A stretch of DNA of 64,000 nt from Octopus bimaculoides. Its lineage: Eukaryota. Made by a program: the position numbers and the translations under genes. The notes below the pieces were generated by a model. That model had not been told where the DNA came from. It was given only the letters and a program-made list of their open reading frames with translations, and searched no databases. Each line of letters starts with the position of its first letter. The first letter of the stretch is position 1. The stretch covers positions 100,179,798-100,243,797 of the forward strand of contig NC_068983.1 of the NCBI RefSeq assembly GCF_001194135.2, given 5' to 3'. This document shows positions 59,870-64,000 of the stretch, one piece after another.

Positions 59870-62440
59870 TTATCATCATCATCATCATCATTTAACATCC
59901 GCTTCCCATGCTACCATGGGTTGGATGATTTGACAGGACTGGTGAACCGGATGGCTGCACCAGGCTCCAATCTGATCTGGCAGAGTTTTTCTACAACTGG
60001 ATGCCCTTCCTAACATCAACCACTCCTAGAGTGTAGTGGGTACTTTTACGTGCCACTGGCACAAGGGCCAGTCAGGCGGTAGTGGCAACGGCCATGCTCA
60101 AATGGTGTTTTTTACATGCCACCTGCACAGGAGCCAGTCCAGTGGCACTGACAACAGCCTCGCTCGAATATTTTTTCATGTGCCACCATAACAAGTGCCA
60201 GTAAGGCAATGCTGGTAACAATCATGCTCGGATGGTACTTTTTATGTGCCACTGGCACGGAAGCCAGTCAGCTGCTCTGGCAATGATCATTCTTGGATGG
60301 TGCTCTTAGCGCTCCACTAGCACGGATGCCAGTCATCGAATTTAATTTTGATTTCACTTGCCTCAACAGGTCTTAGCAAGCAGAGTTTAGTGTCCAATGA
60401 AGGAAAGGTACGTTAAGTGGGCTGGTTACACCCCTGGCATAGGCCACGGGTTATGGTCTCATTTGGCTTGCTGGGTCTTCTCAAGCACAGCATATTTCCA
60501 AAGGTCTCGGTCACTAGTCATTGCCTCGATGAGGCCTAATGTTCGAAGGTCATGTTTCATCACCTCATCCCATGTCTTCCTGGGTCTACCTCTTTTACAG
60601 GTTCCCTCAACTGCTAAGGTGTGGCACTTTTTCACACAGCTATCCTCATCCATTTTCGCCACATGACCATACCAGTGCAGTCGTCTCTTGCACATCACAA
60701 CTGATGCTTCTTAGGTCCAACTTTTCTCTCAAAGTACTTACACTCTGTCGAGTATGCACACTGACATTACACATCCAGCGGAGCATACTGGCTTCATTCC
60801 TTGCATGCTTACGCATGTCCTCAGCAGTCACGGCCCATGTTTCACTGCCATGTAGCATGGCTATTCANNNNNNNNNNTGTCCTCAGCAGTCACGGCCCAT
60901 GTTTCACTGCCATGTAGCATGGCTATTCATACACATGCATTATACAGTCTACCTTTTACTCTGAGCGAGAGGCCCTTTGCCACCAGCAGAGGTAAGAGCT
61001 CTCTGAACTTTGCCCAGGCTATTCTTATTCTAGCAGCTACAGTTTCAGTACACCCACCCCCGCTATTGACTTAGTCACCTAGGTAACAGAAGGTATCAAC
61101 TATTTCTAGTTTTTCTCCCTGGAATGTGACAGAAGTTGTTCTCTGCACATTTTCAGTTTTTATTGGTCCTGAGCATCTGCCACATACAAAACTATCTTCC
61201 CGGTTAGCCTTCCTTTGATATTGCTGCACCTCTTATGTGTCCATATCTTACACTGGGTACATCTTATAGAGTTTCTTCCTATGCCTTTTCTACAGATCGA
61301 GCAGGGCCATCTACCTGAAGGGATGCCTTCCCACTTATTTGGACTTTGGTTTTAGCTAGGTTGACCCTAAGGCCCTTCGATTCTAATCCTTGCTTCCACA
61401 CCTGAAACTTCTCTTCTAGTTCTGATAGTGACTCAGCAATTAGAGCAAGGTCATCAGCATAGAGGAGCTCCCAGGAGCATCCTGTCTTGAATTCCTGCAT
61501 TATTGCCTGGAGGACTATGATAAATAGGAGGGGGCTGAGGACTGAACTTTGGTGGACCCCTACCTCTACCCGGAATTCTTCACTGTACTCATTGCCAACC
61601 CTCACGTTACAGCGTCCCTGTACATGGCTTGCACAGNNNNNNNNNNNNNNNNNNNNNNNNNNNNNAGGTTTATCTTTGGCTAGGTATTTCTCCTGCAGCT
61701 GCCTTACCAGAAATATAGCATCAGTGGTGCTTTTTCCTGGCACAAACCCAAACTGCATCTCATCTAAACTGACTCTCTCCCTAATTAGCTGGGCTATGAC
61801 CCTCTCCATGACTTTCATTACCTGATCCAACAACTTGATACCTCTGTAATTATTTGTATCTAAAGCGTCACCTTTACCTTTATAGCAGTTGACTATGGTG
61901 CTGCTACACCAGTCATTGGGTATGACTCCTTCGTGTATCACCTGATTAACTATACGGGTGACTAGGTTTTAGCCGACACCGCCAGATATTTTGAGCATTT
62001 CTGTGGTGATTCCTGATGTGCTGGGGGCTTTCCCTGTCTTCGTACTCTCAATTGCTTTATCTACCATGGTACTGTCAATTCGAATAGCTGGTCCCTCTTC
62101 ATTCTCTTTATTGAGCAATCTTTTGTAGCGGCGTCTCCAAACCTCTCTCTTTGCAGCCTCGTTTAGTGCAAGTGAATCATCATCCATGCGGACACATTTC
62201 TCTCCTATGACATCACGATAATCTCTCACACACAGTCTTGCAACACGAAATACCTCAAGTCTTTGGTCCTTATGGCACAGAGCATTGGCAAATTTTTTCT
62301 TATCTTCTCCTCTAGTTAAATAAACCTGTCTCCTAGCTTCCCATCTGGCAATCTGATATAATTCCCTGCTATCACCGTTCTTCCAGTCCTTCCAAGCCTG
62401 TTTCTTTTCTCTAATAGTCCTGTCAACAACATTATTCCAA
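59870..62440 (-). mobile_element. 5'-truncated RTE LINE with complete 3' UTR
   Basis: ORFs 61969-62229, 61279-61941 (QFGFVPGKSTTDAIF, ELLYADDLALIA), 60646-60858, 60459-60698; 3' UTR with about five ~65-nt repeat units and an (ATG)n tail at 59870-59890; two N gaps inside. Confidence 0.93.
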
Positions 62441-62974
62441 CACTATGTTATATTGTGTTATGTCAAAACACGGCTGCAAGAAAACTGGATTGTTACCAAG
62501 TTTTACTAAATGAAAAATTTTTCATTTGAAATATTTTGCAAATAGGGGATTTTAGAACATCTATTTTAATGACTAAGAGTAAACAAAAGGTCTGTCTTCT
62601 TCGACATTATTATATTTTTCTGAAACGCTTTTCTGGTATTTACATTTTTCAGTATGGATTTCTCTACCAGAAAGGCAGTTAAAAAGTGTTAACTAAAAAA
62701 GTAGCCCTGGAAATATCTCCTACTCTGAAAATGTTGAAATAATTTTCGAATACATAAAAATGAACTGTAAGAAAAAGTACACAATTAAAAACTGATAAAC
62801 AGAAAAAATATATGAAACAAACATACAGAACACAGAAGGTCACAATTTGACACTCGAAACGCAAATTTCTATAGTATAAACAAGAGTACTAACAACAACA
62901 AGATGCAAACTTAAAAGGATACAAGCATCTCCTTAGCTAGAATTAAAAGACAAAGGGAAGTTTTAGCGATTTGT

Positions 62975-63470
62975 CACATGGATTGATGCCAGGAGAATAA
63001 GAAGGATGGGGCAAAATCTTTAGTGGTATCATCTTTTTCTGAATGACCTGAGCATTATCATTCAAGAGCAACACCTGTTTATGACTGACCAATGATGGGT
63101 ACTTTTTCTGCAAATTTTGTGCAATATTTTCTATTGAACTGTTTCATTTTAATACTCCATGATAGACAACATCCTTCATATCCTACCAACACTGGGATAA
63201 CTTTTTCAGGTGTAGTCCTGGCTTGGGGAGGATGCTAACCAATGTCATTTATGTTGGATATAATTTAGAGAACCCACTTTTCATCACTTGTGGTGATTTT
63301 AGCCAGGAAAATTTGGTAGCAAATCTACTCTTCAATGACTTTTTGCTTCAGCTGAGAATCAAATGATGACGGATCCACTGACAAAGTGGAGATATTTTTT
63401 AATTTAAGTGCTAATTCTTGTGCAGTTTGCTTTGGATGTTCCTCACCTACAGTTTCTAGAAGTTCTATAT
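62975..63470 (-). mobile_element. mariner transposase fragment
   Basis: Minus strand gives SDEKWVL, NDNA and LPHPSYSPGINP remnants. Confidence 0.7.
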
Positions 63471-63480
63471 TGACATAAAT

Positions 63481-63720
63481 TGTACATTATTTACAACTGA
63501 CATCTTGTTTGTTGTTAACACGTTTCAACTGATATACCCTCCAGCCTTCATCAGGTGTCTTGGGGAAATTTCGAACCTAGGTTCTCACTCCTAAGGTATT
63601 TTTCGATGTTGTCGTTGTTTATTATTATTATTATTATTATTATTCAGGTCGCTGCCTGGAATCGAACTTGGAATCTTGAGGTTAGTAGCCTGCGCTCTTA
63701 ACCACTATACGCCATATGCC
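63481..63720 (-). mobile_element. tRNA-headed SINE-like unit carrying a degenerate minimal hammerhead ribozyme
   Basis: Minus strand: A-box-like TGGCGTATAGTGG, B box GTTCGATTCC (63667-63658), (AAT)n, then GACAC-CTGATGA-A-GGCTG-GAGGGTATAT-CAGTT-GAAAC-GTGTT. Confidence 0.7.
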
Positions 63721-64000
63721 TGTGTGCAATTATAGAGTGAATTTTAGGGCTTATAAATCTAATATTCTCTTATCCTTCCTTAATACTGGTTCCCATATGT
63801 TGTTCATATCTGCACTCGGTCTGCTTAGGAGGTTGTTGTGTCCTAGCATATGTGCTGCTTCTTTTAGTTTTCGTATTTTCCAGTGGTGTTTTCTGTCTAT
63901 TATTTCAACTTCATCCCACAGGGGGAAGTGGTTTCCATTTTTTCATACATGATCAGCTATACCCGATTTATCAATATCTCCCCATGTCACAGCTTTGCGA

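Noticed and set aside
59990-60345. Spaced repeats resembling a CRISPR array
   Set aside because: Whole units are diverged tandem copies within a LINE 3' UTR; there is no repeat-spacer structure and no cas genes, and the context is eukaryotic.
60818-60928. ~50-bp direct repeat across a 10-N gap
   Set aside because: Typical unmerged contig overlap; assembly artefact.
63640-63716. Possible tRNA gene on the minus strand
   Set aside because: It has A/B boxes but the acceptor stem does not pair convincingly and it runs into (AAT)n plus a repeat body; better read as a SINE head.

Overview
AT-rich, repeat-dense animal genomic DNA from a gapped draft assembly (N-runs at 11245-11254, 11956-12549, 39030-39125, 60868-60877, 61637-61665). 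The repeat families (RTE LINEs with (ATG)n tails, tRNA-derived SINEs, mariners, piggyBac-type MITEs) suggest an octopus or other coleoid cephalopod; this is inferred from recognition, not a database hit. I reconstructed three spliced host genes by hand. (1) The 5' part of an FBXO22-like F-box gene on the minus strand (2 coding exons; the rest runs off the left edge). (2) A complete 11-exon RPUSD2-like RluA-family pseudouridine synthase on the minus strand (9261-30873). (3) A complete 8-exon CHMP1A ESCRT-III gene on the plus strand (37153-56251), divergent from RPUSD2. The 6-kb spacer between RPUSD2 and CHMP1A is a transposon nest: two CRE-like endonuclease relics, an EnSpm/CMC-like end, a decayed spliced DUF4806-like gene and MITEs. 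The most interesting non-standard signals are: a tRNA-headed SINE-like unit carrying a hammerhead-ribozyme core (63481-63720); a ~95% identical inverted retroposon pair bracketing the 20-nt CHMP1A microexon; a candidate poison microexon in FBXO22; a probable dual-start (mitochondrial vs non-mitochondrial) RPUSD2 N-terminus; and several long intronic hairpins. I found no CRISPR array, rRNA or convincing functional tRNA. All family assignments are from motif recognition by eye.
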